Assembly (NCBI GenBank): GCA_049970895.1
Contig: JBMFMB010000002.1
Location: forward strand, 1-64,000
Direction of reading: 5' to 3'
DNA: 64,000 nucleotides
From: Candidatus Bathyarchaeia archaeon
GTDB lineage: Archaea > Thermoproteota > Bathyarchaeia > Bathyarchaeales > Bathycorpusculaceae
The position numbers and the translations under genes are program-made. The notes under the pieces were generated by a model. It worked only from the letters and a program-made list of their open reading frames with translations, was not told the DNA's origin and did not search any database. Below, piece after piece: positions 37,695 to 47,530 of the stretch (position 1 is its first letter; every line of letters begins with the position of its first letter).

Positions 37695-38540
37695 CTATTC
37701 AAGAATTCTAAGCTGGCTTAAAGCTCCAAGAAATGTTCCATCTAAAAGGTAGATTTCAGCATTTTCCATGTCAACAGCCTTTGTTCTCAAAATTGGTCCA
37801 ACAATCTTTTCGCCTTTTGCCTCTTCACCAGAATTTTTCTCGTTTAATGGTTTTCCTCCCAAATACTCATTAAAGGAAGGCATGATGAAAAGCTGTGAAG
37901 TTTTGGGTTTAACTCCATAATGTTTAAGCAAAGTTTGCTGTGGGCTGCCTTCAACCTTTATTCTATTCTTTTCCAACAGAATCTTCGTGAGATGCTCCTT
38001 GTCACAGTTCGCTTTAACCCAAACCTGCCTCGTTATCCTAAACCCGGCTGGGTCGCGGAATGCCACAACCGGGTGGACATGCCCCATAACAATGGTTTTA
38101 CATTTTAGAAGCGCAGGTGATGGCCAACGGTGACCGTGGAAAAACCCTACATCCCCCACAATAGTTCCGGATGACGGGAGGGTTTTTATGCCCTCTGGAA
38201 GCAACGGGTCTAGGTTTCCGTCATGGTTTCCCCGGATTACTTGTATTTCTTTGACGAGTGGTTTTAGTTCTGTGAAGAAGTCTGGGACGTCGTGCCACTC
38301 GCTTATTTCCGCTGCTGCCACAGTGTGTTTGACGTCGCCTATTATTAGGAGTTTTTCAGGCCTGTATAGGTTTATGAGCATCTTCAGTTTTTGTAGAAGT
38401 TTTGGCATCTGTGTTGGAACGTGTATGCCCTTTCCTGACAGGGCTATCTCCCACCCTATGTGCAAGTCCGCCACAACCAGAACTCTTGTTTCCCTTGTTT
38501 TTACGAGAGCTGCTGGATGGGGCATTAAGGGAGTTATCAT
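37695..38540 (-). CDS. Metallophosphoesterase (COG1407-like)
   Basis: ADLHIG, GDVKH, GNHD, HGH, GHVHP, MPSFN. Confidence 0.88.
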   Translation of the reverse strand: MITPLMPHPAALVKTRETRVLVVADLHIGWEIALSGKGIHVPTQMPKLLQKLKMLINLYRPEKLLIIGDVKHTVAAAEISEWHDVPDFFTELKPLVKEIQVIRGNHDGNLDPLLPEGIKTLPSSGTIVGDVGFFHGHRWPSPALLKCKTIVMGHVHPVVAFRDPAGFRITRQVWVKANCDKEHLTKILLEKNRIKVEGSPQQTLLKHYGVKPKTSQLFIMPSFNEYLGGKPLNEKNSGEEAKGEKIVGPILRTKAVDMENAEIYLLDGTFLGALSQLRILE

Positions 38541-39382
38541 TTGCTCCGCTTCAACCTTTTCCCTATCAGGCTTAGAATCTTTTTATGAATCCCAGGGTTG
38601 GCCGACGCCACAAAAGTTAGCCTCTCCATAGGGTCTAATTTGGCATTTAGGGGTTCCCCATCGGGTGTTGTGATTATTGCTCCAGCCTCCTTTATTATTA
38701 GCCAAGCAGCCGCGGTGTCTGTTGCTCTAAGCTTTCCGCGGATGTCGATAAAGGCGTCTGTCGTCCCGTCAGCCACGTAGCACAGTTCCAGCGCGTTTGC
38801 TCCTAGGTGGCGTATATGCTTTGTTTTTTCAATTAGGCTTGTTAGGTGTGGGGCAATTTCACGAGCCTTGTAGGTGTTTAGGTCTATGCCTATCACCGCA
38901 TCTTCCAAGTCTGTCTGTTTTGAGGGAACAATTTTCTTATCGTTACAGTGCGCTCCTCTGCCTTTTTCCGCCGTGTATGTTGTGCCGTGGGAGAGGTCTG
39001 CCACAATTGCTGTGTGAACAGTGTTTAGTTCTGGTTTTGTGGAAACAGCTATGGATGTTGCGTAGAAGGGTATCCCCCTTGTTAGGTTTGTAGTTCCGTC
39101 TATGGGGTCTGCTGTCACATAGTTTTCCTTGGGGTTTTTGCCGTACTCCCTTATACCGGATTCCTCGCTTATCAACGTGAAGGATATGTCTTGCCCAACA
39201 ATGGTTTCCACTATGGCTTTTTCCGCCGCCATATCGATTTGCTTTATTGGGTCGCCGCCGGCCCCTATGCCAAGATTTGGCTGCTGTTGTCTGCGGGCAG
39301 TTTCCAGAAAGGGGGCTATATGCTCTTTCACGTTATCTCTGCACCGGATTAGTATTGGCAGCCAGTCGATTTTCCTTTCCAT
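38537..39382 (-). CDS. Inositol monophosphatase / fructose-1,6-bisphosphatase (FIG superfamily)
   Basis: GAGGD...D..AE, ISEESG, DPIDGTTN, RHLGA.ALELCYVADG, D.AAA.LI..EAG. Confidence 0.9.
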   Translation of the reverse strand: MERKIDWLPILIRCRDNVKEHIAPFLETARRQQQPNLGIGAGGDPIKQIDMAAEKAIVETIVGQDISFTLISEESGIREYGKNPKENYVTADPIDGTTNLTRGIPFYATSIAVSTKPELNTVHTAIVADLSHGTTYTAEKGRGAHCNDKKIVPSKQTDLEDAVIGIDLNTYKAREIAPHLTSLIEKTKHIRHLGANALELCYVADGTTDAFIDIRGKLRATDTAAAWLIIKEAGAIITTPDGEPLNAKLDPMERLTFVASANPGIHKKILSLIGKRLKRSK

Positions 39383-39534
39383 TTTTCTCCGTTTTTATTA
39401 CAGTTTTCGTTTGATAAAGACTTTGCTAGGATGCGGAAATCAGGAAGTTTAACATGGAATTAGTATGGGTGGTTGGGCAAAAAATATATGAAAACAGATG
39501 GGTAACACAATTCAAAACTGGTTTAAGGGAGAGA

Positions 39535-40329
39535 ATGTGCTTGGACATTATTGTTTGTGTTAAGCATGTTCCGGAAACAGCAGAAGCAGAACTCAAAATT
39601 GACGTGACTGGAAAGGGCATAGAAAAGGCTGGTTTAGTCTTCGACATAAACGAGTGGGACGACTACGCCTTGGAAGAGGCTGTTCGCATAAAAGAGAAGT
39701 TCGGCGGAACAGTAACAGCCATAACAGTTGGACCAGAAGACTCTGAAAGCACACTGCGGAAATGTCTAGCCCGCGGCGCTGATAAGGCTATACGTCTAAC
39801 AGACCCAAAGTTTGCCGGCTCAGACGCCTATGCAACTGCAAAAATCCTTCATAGCGTAATTAGAAACCTTCACTTCGACCTAGTATTAACGGGGGCTCAG
39901 GCTGGCGACGATGGAAGCGCTGTTGTCGGGCCCGTCTTGGCTGAATTGCTTGGGATTCCACACGCTACTATGGTTAAGAAAATCGAGTTCAGCGACGGAA
40001 AAGCTATAGTCAACCGCGAGCTTGAGGGCGGCTTGGAAGAACGCCTAGAAGTTAAGTTGCCAGCACTTTTCGCTGTTCAAACGGGCATTAATGAGCCGCG
40101 TTATGTCTCCATAATGGGTATTCGCAAGGCTATGCAGAAAGAGGTCAAGGTTATGGGGTTGGCGGACATAGGCTTAACTGAAAACGATGTGGGTGAGGCT
40201 GGTTCATGGCTGAGGATAGAGAAGCTTTACGTCCCGCCGGTTGAGAAGCAAGCAGAATTCCTCAAGGGAAGCCCAGACGAAATAGCCACAAAAATTGTTG
40301 AAATCTTAAAGTCTAGGGGGCTGATTTAG
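39535..40329 (+). CDS. etfB: Electron transfer flavoprotein beta subunit
   Basis: IIVCVKHVPE, INEWDDYALEEA, GADKA, GAQAGD, NEPRY; start moved to ATG 39535. Confidence 0.95.
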   Translation: MCLDIIVCVKHVPETAEAELKIDVTGKGIEKAGLVFDINEWDDYALEEAVRIKEKFGGTVTAITVGPEDSESTLRKCLARGADKAIRLTDPKFAGSDAYATAKILHSVIRNLHFDLVLTGAQAGDDGSAVVGPVLAELLGIPHATMVKKIEFSDGKAIVNRELEGGLEERLEVKLPALFAVQTGINEPRYVSIMGIRKAMQKEVKVMGLADIGLTENDVGEAGSWLRIEKLYVPPVEKQAEFLKGSPDEIATKIVEILKSRGLI

Positions 40330-41319
40330 ATGACCGAAATTTTTGTTTTAGCTGAGCATAGGCAAGGACAATTAAGAGACATAACCTTTGAAATGTTGAC
40401 AAAAGCCAGAGAGCTAGCCGAAAAAACAAATGCGGAACCGGTGGCAGTTATTTTAGGCAAAGATGTTAGGGAACACGCAAAAAACTTGGCTGAGCATGCC
40501 AAAAAAGTTCTGTTGGTTGAGGATGCTAAGCTTGAGAACTTTAATTCAGAAGCCTACCAAAGGGTTCTTTCCCACCTAATTAAGGAGCATAAGCCCATTC
40601 TGACGATTATTGGGCACACGTCCTATGGGGTTGAGCTTGCCCCAAGGTTGGCGGCATCCCTAAACATTCCATTGGCAACGGACTGCATAGACTTGGCTTT
40701 TGAAGGCGACACATTAACAATTACAAGGCAGATGTATGGCGGGAAAGTGAACGCTAGGGCGACGCTTCGCCATGCTGAAAGTTACATGGTTACAGTCCGC
40801 CAAGCAGCCTTCCAAGCCCAAAAGCCGCCCACACCATTAAACGGGCAAATAGTTGAGGTTCCATCACCCCTAACAGAAGAGATAACGACAAAAAGGTTCT
40901 TGGAATACGTTTTACCACCGCCTGGAGGTGTTGACATTACAGCGGCAGATGTGCTTGTGGGGATTGGAAGGGGCATAAAAGACCAGAGCAACATACCGAT
41001 GGTTGAAGAGTTGGCGAAGATGCTTGGCGGAGTATTAGCGTGTTCTCGTCCAATTGTGGATAAGGGTTGGCTTCCAAGCGACAGGCAAGTGGGGACTTCT
41101 GGAAAAACTGTTAAGCCAAAGCTTTACATAGCCCTCGGCATAAGCGGCGCCTTCCAACACGTTTTAGGAATGAAAAACTCCGACCTAATAATAGCCGTGA
41201 ACAAAGACCCAAAGGCTCCAATATTCAGTTTTTCAGATTACGGCGTTGTTGAAGACATGTTCAAGGTTGTGCCAGTGCTGAAGAACAAGATTAGCGAGTT
41301 AAAGGCTCAAAAGGCGTAA
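40330..41319 (+). CDS. etfA: Electron transfer flavoprotein alpha subunit
   Basis: GIGRG, ACSRPIVD, QVGTSGKTVKPKLYIALGISGAFQH, AVNKDPKAPIF. Confidence 0.96.
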   Translation: MTEIFVLAEHRQGQLRDITFEMLTKARELAEKTNAEPVAVILGKDVREHAKNLAEHAKKVLLVEDAKLENFNSEAYQRVLSHLIKEHKPILTIIGHTSYGVELAPRLAASLNIPLATDCIDLAFEGDTLTITRQMYGGKVNARATLRHAESYMVTVRQAAFQAQKPPTPLNGQIVEVPSPLTEEITTKRFLEYVLPPPGGVDITAADVLVGIGRGIKDQSNIPMVEELAKMLGGVLACSRPIVDKGWLPSDRQVGTSGKTVKPKLYIALGISGAFQHVLGMKNSDLIIAVNKDPKAPIFSFSDYGVVEDMFKVVPVLKNKISELKAQKA

Positions 41320-41348
41320 AACCCATTTTTATCAGTGGAGGAGTTTAC

Positions 41349-42497
41349 ATGCAATTTAAGCTGACCGAGGAGCAGATGGAGATTAAGCGGGCTGCCCGCG
41401 AGTTTGCAGAAAAGGAGTTCACACCAGAACTAGCCCTAAAATACGATCAGAAAGAGGAGTTTCCAATGGAGCTTTACAGGAAAGCCGCCAAAATGGGCTT
41501 TACAAGCATGCGCATACCCCAAGAATATGATGGGCAAGGCTATGGCGTATTAGAAGAATGCCTAGTCGTTGAAGAATTCTGCCGTGTTGACCCAGGGTTG
41601 GGGGTGGCTGTTTCCCTTGGAAACTTAATGGTTCCAGATGTCTTGCTAAGGCATGGCACGGAAGAGCAGAAGGAAAAGTATATTCCGCCACTGGCTAGGG
41701 GCGATAAGGTTGCTGCGGCAGCCTTCACTGAGCCGGAACATGGAAGCGACATAACTAAATTGGACACGACAGCCGTTAAAGTTGGCGACGAGTGGGTGAT
41801 TAATGGTTCTAAACAGTTTATAACCAACGCCCCAATAGCCGACACCTTCATAATCCTATGTCAAACAGACCCAAACGCAGTGCCACCCCACCGTGGACAA
41901 AGCCTCTTCTTGGCAGAGAAGGGCATGCCCGGCTTAGAGGCGACAAAGCTTCATGGCAAGATGGGTATAAGACCATGTGTCACAGGCTCTCTGGCTTTAA
42001 GCGATCTCCGCATACCAGCAAATAACCTTGTAGGCGAACTGAATAGGGGCTTCTATTACGCCCTTGAACTTTTTGATGGAACCCGCATAACAGTGGCAGC
42101 CCAAGCCGTCGGCATAGCCCAAGGAGCCTTTGAAAAAGCCCTAAACTATGCTAAGACCCGCAAACAGTTCGGCCAGCCAATAATCAATTTTCAAGGCGTC
42201 TCCTTCAAGTTGGCTGATATGGCTATGAAAATTGAGGCTGCACGGTTGCTCACTTATAGGGCGGCTTGGATATACGACCATGAAAAACCAAGTCCAGCTG
42301 CGACTTCGATGGCTAAAGCTTATGCAAGCCGCGTAGCCATGGAAGTTACGGACGAAGCCATCCAAATATTCGGCGGGTATGGCTATTTGGCAGATTATCA
42401 TGTGGAACGCTTCCATAGATGTGCAAAAATAACTGAAATCTATGAGGGAACAAGTGAAATTCAAAAATTGACTATCGTCAACTTTTTAACAAAGTAG
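41349..42497 (+). CDS. Acyl-CoA dehydrogenase
   Basis: FTEPEHGSD, INGSKQFITN, KMGIR, RKQFGQPI, AIQIFGGYGY, ITEIYEGTSEIQ. Confidence 0.95.
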   Translation: MQFKLTEEQMEIKRAAREFAEKEFTPELALKYDQKEEFPMELYRKAAKMGFTSMRIPQEYDGQGYGVLEECLVVEEFCRVDPGLGVAVSLGNLMVPDVLLRHGTEEQKEKYIPPLARGDKVAAAAFTEPEHGSDITKLDTTAVKVGDEWVINGSKQFITNAPIADTFIILCQTDPNAVPPHRGQSLFLAEKGMPGLEATKLHGKMGIRPCVTGSLALSDLRIPANNLVGELNRGFYYALELFDGTRITVAAQAVGIAQGAFEKALNYAKTRKQFGQPIINFQGVSFKLADMAMKIEAARLLTYRAAWIYDHEKPSPAATSMAKAYASRVAMEVTDEAIQIFGGYGYLADYHVERFHRCAKITEIYEGTSEIQKLTIVNFLTK

Positions 42498-42599
42498 GCC
42501 GATTCTCCCCTTATTTTTCCTTGTCTCGCTGCAAAGTCTAAAAAGTTTTATTAGGAATGTTGTCTACTCGTTTCTATTCTATATTGGGAGAGGTTTTGT

Positions 42600-43784
42600 T
42601 TGGCTGGAAAATTGAAGAAAGTTGCTGTGATTGGTTCTGGGGCAATGGGGCATGGAATAACGCAGCTTCTGGCAATGAGCGGCATAGAAGTGGCAATGGT
42701 GGACATCAGCGACGAATTTCTGCAAAAGGGTATAGAGAAGATCAAATGGAGCCTCGGAAAGTTTGTCGAAAAGAAGAGGATAAGACAGGAAGATGCGGAT
42801 GCTGCACTTTCAAGGATAAAGACAACAACAAGCTATGAGGAGGCAGCCAAAGACATAGACCTAGCCATTGAAGCGGTTCCAGAAAACATGGAACTCAAAA
42901 AGCAGGTTTTTGCAAAACTTGACAGCATAGCACCTCCACACGCGATTCTAGCTTCTAACACCTCAACCTTAAGCATAACTGAAATGGGAAACGCCACAAA
43001 ACGTCCAGAAAAAGTGGCTGGAATGCACTTTTTCAACCCGCCGCAAATGATGGCTCTAGTGGAGGTCATTAAGGGCGAAAAGACAAGCCAAGAAACAATA
43101 GACACCCTGGTGGAATTGGCCAAAAGACTTGGAAAAACTCCGGTGATTGTTAAAAAGGATGTGCGGGGCTTTATAGTCAACCGCGTTCTTGGTGTAGTTT
43201 TCAATGAGGCTTTCTGGGCATACCATCGTGGCGAAGCCACAAAAGAAGGCATAGACGCCTCAGTCAAATACAGCGGCGGTTTCCCAATGGGATGGTTTGA
43301 ACTGGCAGACTTTGTTGGACTCGACATAGCCTACGAAGTTGGAAAAATCCTTTATGAGGCGTATGGCGAACGCTTCAAGCCATGCGCAGAAGTCATAGAA
43401 CCTCTTGTCAAAGAGAAGAAGCTTGGACAGAAAACCGGCGTGGGCTTCTACGACTGGACTAAGGGGAGACCAAGAATACCCTTCAACCTTATGGAGGAGT
43501 ACGACGTTGAAAGGTCTTGGGCCGTAGCAGTAAACGAAGCTGCATGGCTAATACATGAAGGCGCGGCAAGCCCAGCGGACATAGACACTGGAATGAAGCT
43601 TGGCACATATTGGCCTTCTGGACCATGCGAGTATGCGGATAGAACCGGCATAGACGTCATCGTCAACAAATTGAAGGAGCTCTACGCCAAATACAACATG
43701 GAAATGTATAAGCCATGCCCACTATTAGAAGAGTATGTCAGCAAGGGCTGGCTTGGAAAGAAAACTGGAAGGGGGTTCTACTAA
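42600..43784 (+). CDS. 3-hydroxyacyl-CoA dehydrogenase with duplicated C-terminal domain
   Basis: GSGAMGHGI, EAVPE, ASNTST, GMHFFNP, GFIVNR, two C-domains (PMG..GQKTG.GFY and PSGP..GKKTGRGFY). Confidence 0.94.
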   Translation: MAGKLKKVAVIGSGAMGHGITQLLAMSGIEVAMVDISDEFLQKGIEKIKWSLGKFVEKKRIRQEDADAALSRIKTTTSYEEAAKDIDLAIEAVPENMELKKQVFAKLDSIAPPHAILASNTSTLSITEMGNATKRPEKVAGMHFFNPPQMMALVEVIKGEKTSQETIDTLVELAKRLGKTPVIVKKDVRGFIVNRVLGVVFNEAFWAYHRGEATKEGIDASVKYSGGFPMGWFELADFVGLDIAYEVGKILYEAYGERFKPCAEVIEPLVKEKKLGQKTGVGFYDWTKGRPRIPFNLMEEYDVERSWAVAVNEAAWLIHEGAASPADIDTGMKLGTYWPSGPCEYADRTGIDVIVNKLKELYAKYNMEMYKPCPLLEEYVSKGWLGKKTGRGFY

Positions 43785-44939
43785 ATGAGGTTTGAATTGA
43801 CGGAAGAGCAGATTGGAATAAAAAACGCCGTGCGAGAGTTCTGCGATAAAGAGTTCAAGCCAGAACTAGCCTTGGAACTTGACAGAAAAGAAGAGTTCCC
43901 CATGGAACTTTACAAGAAAGCCGCCAAACTGGGTTTTACAAGCATGTTCTTCCCGCAGGAGTATGGAGGCCAAGGCTATGGGCTCCTGGAAACATGTCTG
44001 GTAATTGAGGAAATGTGCAGGTCGGACTCTTCGCTTGGTGTGGCAGTTTCAAGCGGAAACTTTGGAAGCGAACTTATACTGGCTTATGGCAGTAAGGAGC
44101 AGAAGGAGAAGTATCTGCCGCCAATCTGCAGAGGCGATTTTATATCAGCGGCAGCCTTCACAGAACCGAACGTCAGCGGAAGCGACATAACCCGTATGGA
44201 GACTACAGCCACAAAATATGGGAACGAGTGGTGGATTAATGGCACAAAAACCTTCATAACAAACGCCACAATAGCCGACTTCATCATCGTGTTGACGCAG
44301 ACAGACACAAAGGTTAGACCAACCTATAGGGGCGAAACGCTTTTCGTTGTCGACAAGGGTACACCGGGGCTGGAAACAACGAAGCTCCACAACAAGATGG
44401 GGATAAGGTGTTCCGTAACTGGCGAGGTGCGTTTTGACAATGTTAAGGTTACGGACTGGAACATTGTAGGTGAACTGAATAGGGGCTTCTACCATTCCAT
44501 GGAGTTCTTTGACAAGACAAGGGTTGGTGTGGCAGCCCAAGCCGTTGGCATGGCTCAAGGCGCATGGGAAATAGCCTTCAAATACTCAAAGCAGAGGGAA
44601 GCCTTTGGACAGCCAATAATCCAGCATGAAGCCATAGGCTGCACCTTGGCGGAATTGGCTACAAAAATAGAGGCTGCAAGACTCCTAACCTATAAGGCTG
44701 CATGGCTCATAGATGTTGGGAAAATGGATCCGATGGCAACAGCCATGGCAAAACAGTACGCAAGCCGCGTGGCAATGGAAGCCACAGACTTCGCCATCCA
44801 AACATTGGGCGGGTATGGCTACTTGGGCGAGTACCGAGTTGAAAGATACCACAGAGACGCAAAAATAACCGAGATTTACGAGGGCACAAGCGAAATTCAA
44901 AAGCTGACAGTGTTGAAGTATCTGCTAAGAAAGTTCTAA
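43785..44939 (+). CDS. Acyl-CoA dehydrogenase, paralog of 41349..42497
   Basis: FTEPNVSGSD, NGTKTFITN, REAFGQPI, GGYGY, ITEIYEGTSEIQ. Confidence 0.95.
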   Translation: MRFELTEEQIGIKNAVREFCDKEFKPELALELDRKEEFPMELYKKAAKLGFTSMFFPQEYGGQGYGLLETCLVIEEMCRSDSSLGVAVSSGNFGSELILAYGSKEQKEKYLPPICRGDFISAAAFTEPNVSGSDITRMETTATKYGNEWWINGTKTFITNATIADFIIVLTQTDTKVRPTYRGETLFVVDKGTPGLETTKLHNKMGIRCSVTGEVRFDNVKVTDWNIVGELNRGFYHSMEFFDKTRVGVAAQAVGMAQGAWEIAFKYSKQREAFGQPIIQHEAIGCTLAELATKIEAARLLTYKAAWLIDVGKMDPMATAMAKQYASRVAMEATDFAIQTLGGYGYLGEYRVERYHRDAKITEIYEGTSEIQKLTVLKYLLRKF

Positions 44940-44990
44940 ATCTCCCAAAAGTAATATAGGCTATTCCACAAAACATGGTTTGGTGAAATT

Positions 44991-45779
44991 ATGAGCAAGG
45001 CGTATGAAACCATAAAAATTGAGAGGGAAGACAGCGTCTTATGGATAATCCTAAATAGGCCGCATAGGCTTAACGCCTTCAACGACGTCTTAATGGAGGA
45101 GCTTGCAGACGCCCTAGACACGGCTGAAAAGGACCCCTCAGTAAGATGTGTGGTGGTAACTGGCGAAGGTGACAGATCCTTCAGCGCAGGCGCAGATGTT
45201 ACAATGTTTCCAAAGGCTACGCCCGTTAAGGCTGAGGAGTTCTCTAGGCTTGGGCAGAAGGTTTTCAGCAAAATAGAGGAGATGTCAAAACCAGTTATAG
45301 CGGCAATTAACGGCTTCGCCTTAGGCGGAGGTTTAGAACTGGCGCTGGCTTGTGACTTTAGAATAGCCGCAGAGCACGCGGAGCTTGGAAGCCCAGAAAT
45401 AAACTTGGGTCTCATACCCGGGTGGGGTGGGACTCAAAGGCTTGTGAGGATTGTTGGCTTGGCAAAGGCTAAGGAGATGGTTATGCTTGGAACACGGCTT
45501 AAGGCTGAAGAAGCCTTGAAAATAGGCTTAGTCCACAAGGTTGTGCATTACGAGAAGCTTAGAGACGAGGTTCGCGATCTGGCCAAAAAACTAAGCGAGG
45601 GACCACCAATAGCGCTGAAGTATGCGAAGTTCGCCATAAACTTTGGAACACAAGTACCATTAGAGGCTGGTCTACGCATTGAGTCTGGGCTTATGGCTTT
45701 AACCTTCTCCACAGAAGACTTAAAAGAGGGCGTAGAAGCCTTCATGTCAAGACGGAAAGCCGAATTCAAAGGAAAGTAA
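44991..45779 (+). CDS. Enoyl-CoA hydratase (crotonase)
   Basis: LNRP..LNA, FSAGAD, AINGFALGGGLELALACD, PEINLGLIPGWGGTQRL. Confidence 0.95.
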   Translation: MSKAYETIKIEREDSVLWIILNRPHRLNAFNDVLMEELADALDTAEKDPSVRCVVVTGEGDRSFSAGADVTMFPKATPVKAEEFSRLGQKVFSKIEEMSKPVIAAINGFALGGGLELALACDFRIAAEHAELGSPEINLGLIPGWGGTQRLVRIVGLAKAKEMVMLGTRLKAEEALKIGLVHKVVHYEKLRDEVRDLAKKLSEGPPIALKYAKFAINFGTQVPLEAGLRIESGLMALTFSTEDLKEGVEAFMSRRKAEFKGK

Positions 45780-45842
45780 CATACCCCACCACCTCCCATA
45801 TTTTTAATTGTTCAATTTGATGTCTGATGGAAGAGTGGTGAA

Positions 45843-47015
45843 ATGAGGAAAGTTGCAGTCATAGGAGTTGGAAGCTCAAAGTTTGGCGTCAGGAACGATG
45901 TTAATGTTGCTGAACTCGCCTTTGAAGCTTTTAAGCCGTCTGTCGAGGACGCCGGAATAACGCCGAAAGACATAGAATTTGTTGCTGTTGGCTCAACGGG
46001 AGCCGGGGCATGGTATGAAGAACTTCTCCCAGCCGTTGTCTCAGCCGAATATTGTGGCTTAACTGGGGCTGGGCTTGTGCGCTGTGAAGCCGCATGTGCA
46101 AGTGGAAGTGCAGCCTTCGCAACAGCTTATTGGGCTGTGGCAAGCGGGCAAGTCAAGATTGCGGCGGCTTTGGGTGTTGAGAAGATGCGGGAAATTGACA
46201 CTCCAACCATGATGGAGTGGATTGGAAGAGCTGGATACTACCTCTGGGAGTTCCACAATTTCGGCTTAACCTTCCCAGCTTACTACGCCTTGTATGCAAC
46301 AGCCCACATGGCTAAGTTTGGCACCACAGAGGAAGACTTGGCACTGGTTGCCGTTAAAAATCACAAGTACGCCTCAATGAACCCGATAGCGCATCTCCAA
46401 AACAGAATAACGGTTGACGACGTGCTGTCTTCCATGGTCATTGCTGCACCCTTAAAACTCTTTGACTGTTGCCCAATATCCGACGGAGCAGCCTCGGTAA
46501 TCTTAGCCTCCGAAGACAAAGTTAAAGAACTTAAGGTTGACACTCCAGTCTGGGTTGCCGGGGTAGGATACGCCTCTGGAACAGCCAATATGAGCAAAAG
46601 GCTCGACTACGTTGGATTAGAAGCCAGCGTGGCAGCAGCCCAAAAAGCCTACAAAATGGCGAATGTGACACCAGAACAGCTTGACGTCGCAGTGGTCCAC
46701 GACTGCTTCACAATAGCCGAAATAATGGCATACGAAGATTTGGGCTTCTGCAAAAAGGGCGAAGGAGCCAAACTAATAAGGGAGGGACAAACCGAAATCG
46801 GCGGAAAAATCCCAGTGAACGTTGACGGCGGTTTAAAAGCGAAGGGTCACCCCATCGGAACAACGGGCTGCTCAATGATATATGAGTTGACAAAACAGCT
46901 TAGGGAAGAGGCTGTTGAAAAGAGCAGACAAGCTCCCGTGAAAAATTACATAGCCCTAGCCCACAATGTGGGCGGAACTGGACATTACTGTTACGTGACA
47001 ATTTTAAGGAGGTGA
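45843..47015 (+). CDS. Thiolase, archaeal SCP-x-like type
   Basis: EAACASG, GVEKM, KNH, CCPISDGAA, HDCFT, GGLKAKGHPIG, HNVGG. Confidence 0.93.
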   Translation: MRKVAVIGVGSSKFGVRNDVNVAELAFEAFKPSVEDAGITPKDIEFVAVGSTGAGAWYEELLPAVVSAEYCGLTGAGLVRCEAACASGSAAFATAYWAVASGQVKIAAALGVEKMREIDTPTMMEWIGRAGYYLWEFHNFGLTFPAYYALYATAHMAKFGTTEEDLALVAVKNHKYASMNPIAHLQNRITVDDVLSSMVIAAPLKLFDCCPISDGAASVILASEDKVKELKVDTPVWVAGVGYASGTANMSKRLDYVGLEASVAAAQKAYKMANVTPEQLDVAVVHDCFTIAEIMAYEDLGFCKKGEGAKLIREGQTEIGGKIPVNVDGGLKAKGHPIGTTGCSMIYELTKQLREEAVEKSRQAPVKNYIALAHNVGGTGHYCYVTILRR

Positions 47016-47452
47016 TAAAGATGGCTGCCATGCCCTCAATAAAATCGCGAGAAATAAAAATTGTTCAAGACATCCCCATAGGTAGGACGCTGCCATTCTG
47101 GGAAGCCCTTAAAGAAGGGAAAATCCTAGCCACAAAATGCAGAAAATGCGGAAAACTGTGCTTCCCGCCAGTTGCCGACTGCTCAAACTGCCTAACCTCA
47201 GACATGGAGTGGGTTGAACTCAGCAACGATGCAACAATAGAAACTTTTACGCATGTAGTTGTTAGACCAACAACCTTCCAGCAGGAAAAGCCCTACACAG
47301 TCGCCATAGGCAGACTTAAGGAAGGCGTTAGGGTGCTCGCGTGGCTTACAGGCTTTAAACTTTCAGAAGTTAAGGTCGGCATGAAAGCTAAACTTGTGGC
47401 AAAGATAACCCCCGAAGGACGCCCCACATACGAGTTCACGAGGCCGGAGTAA
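47012..47452 (+). CDS. DUF35 Zn-ribbon/OB-fold thiolase partner
   Basis: FWEAL, KCRKCG..FPP..DCSNC, PYTVA; overlaps the thiolase stop. Confidence 0.9.
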   Translation: MIKMAAMPSIKSREIKIVQDIPIGRTLPFWEALKEGKILATKCRKCGKLCFPPVADCSNCLTSDMEWVELSNDATIETFTHVVVRPTTFQQEKPYTVAIGRLKEGVRVLAWLTGFKLSEVKVGMKAKLVAKITPEGRPTYEFTRPE

Positions 47453-47530
47453 AAACTGCTGCTTGCACAGCTTTGACTATGGAAAGTATTATTACTCCAA
47501 AAACCGCAAATATCTCTAATAGGGTTTAAT

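Noticed and set aside
40327-40332. In-frame TAG-ATG junction between etfB and etfA suggesting pyrrolysine read-through
   Set aside because: Equivalent in-frame stop-start junctions with TAA occur at 43784/43785, 58624/58625 and 14363/14364, so this is ordinary tight gene packing; no pyl genes are in the window.
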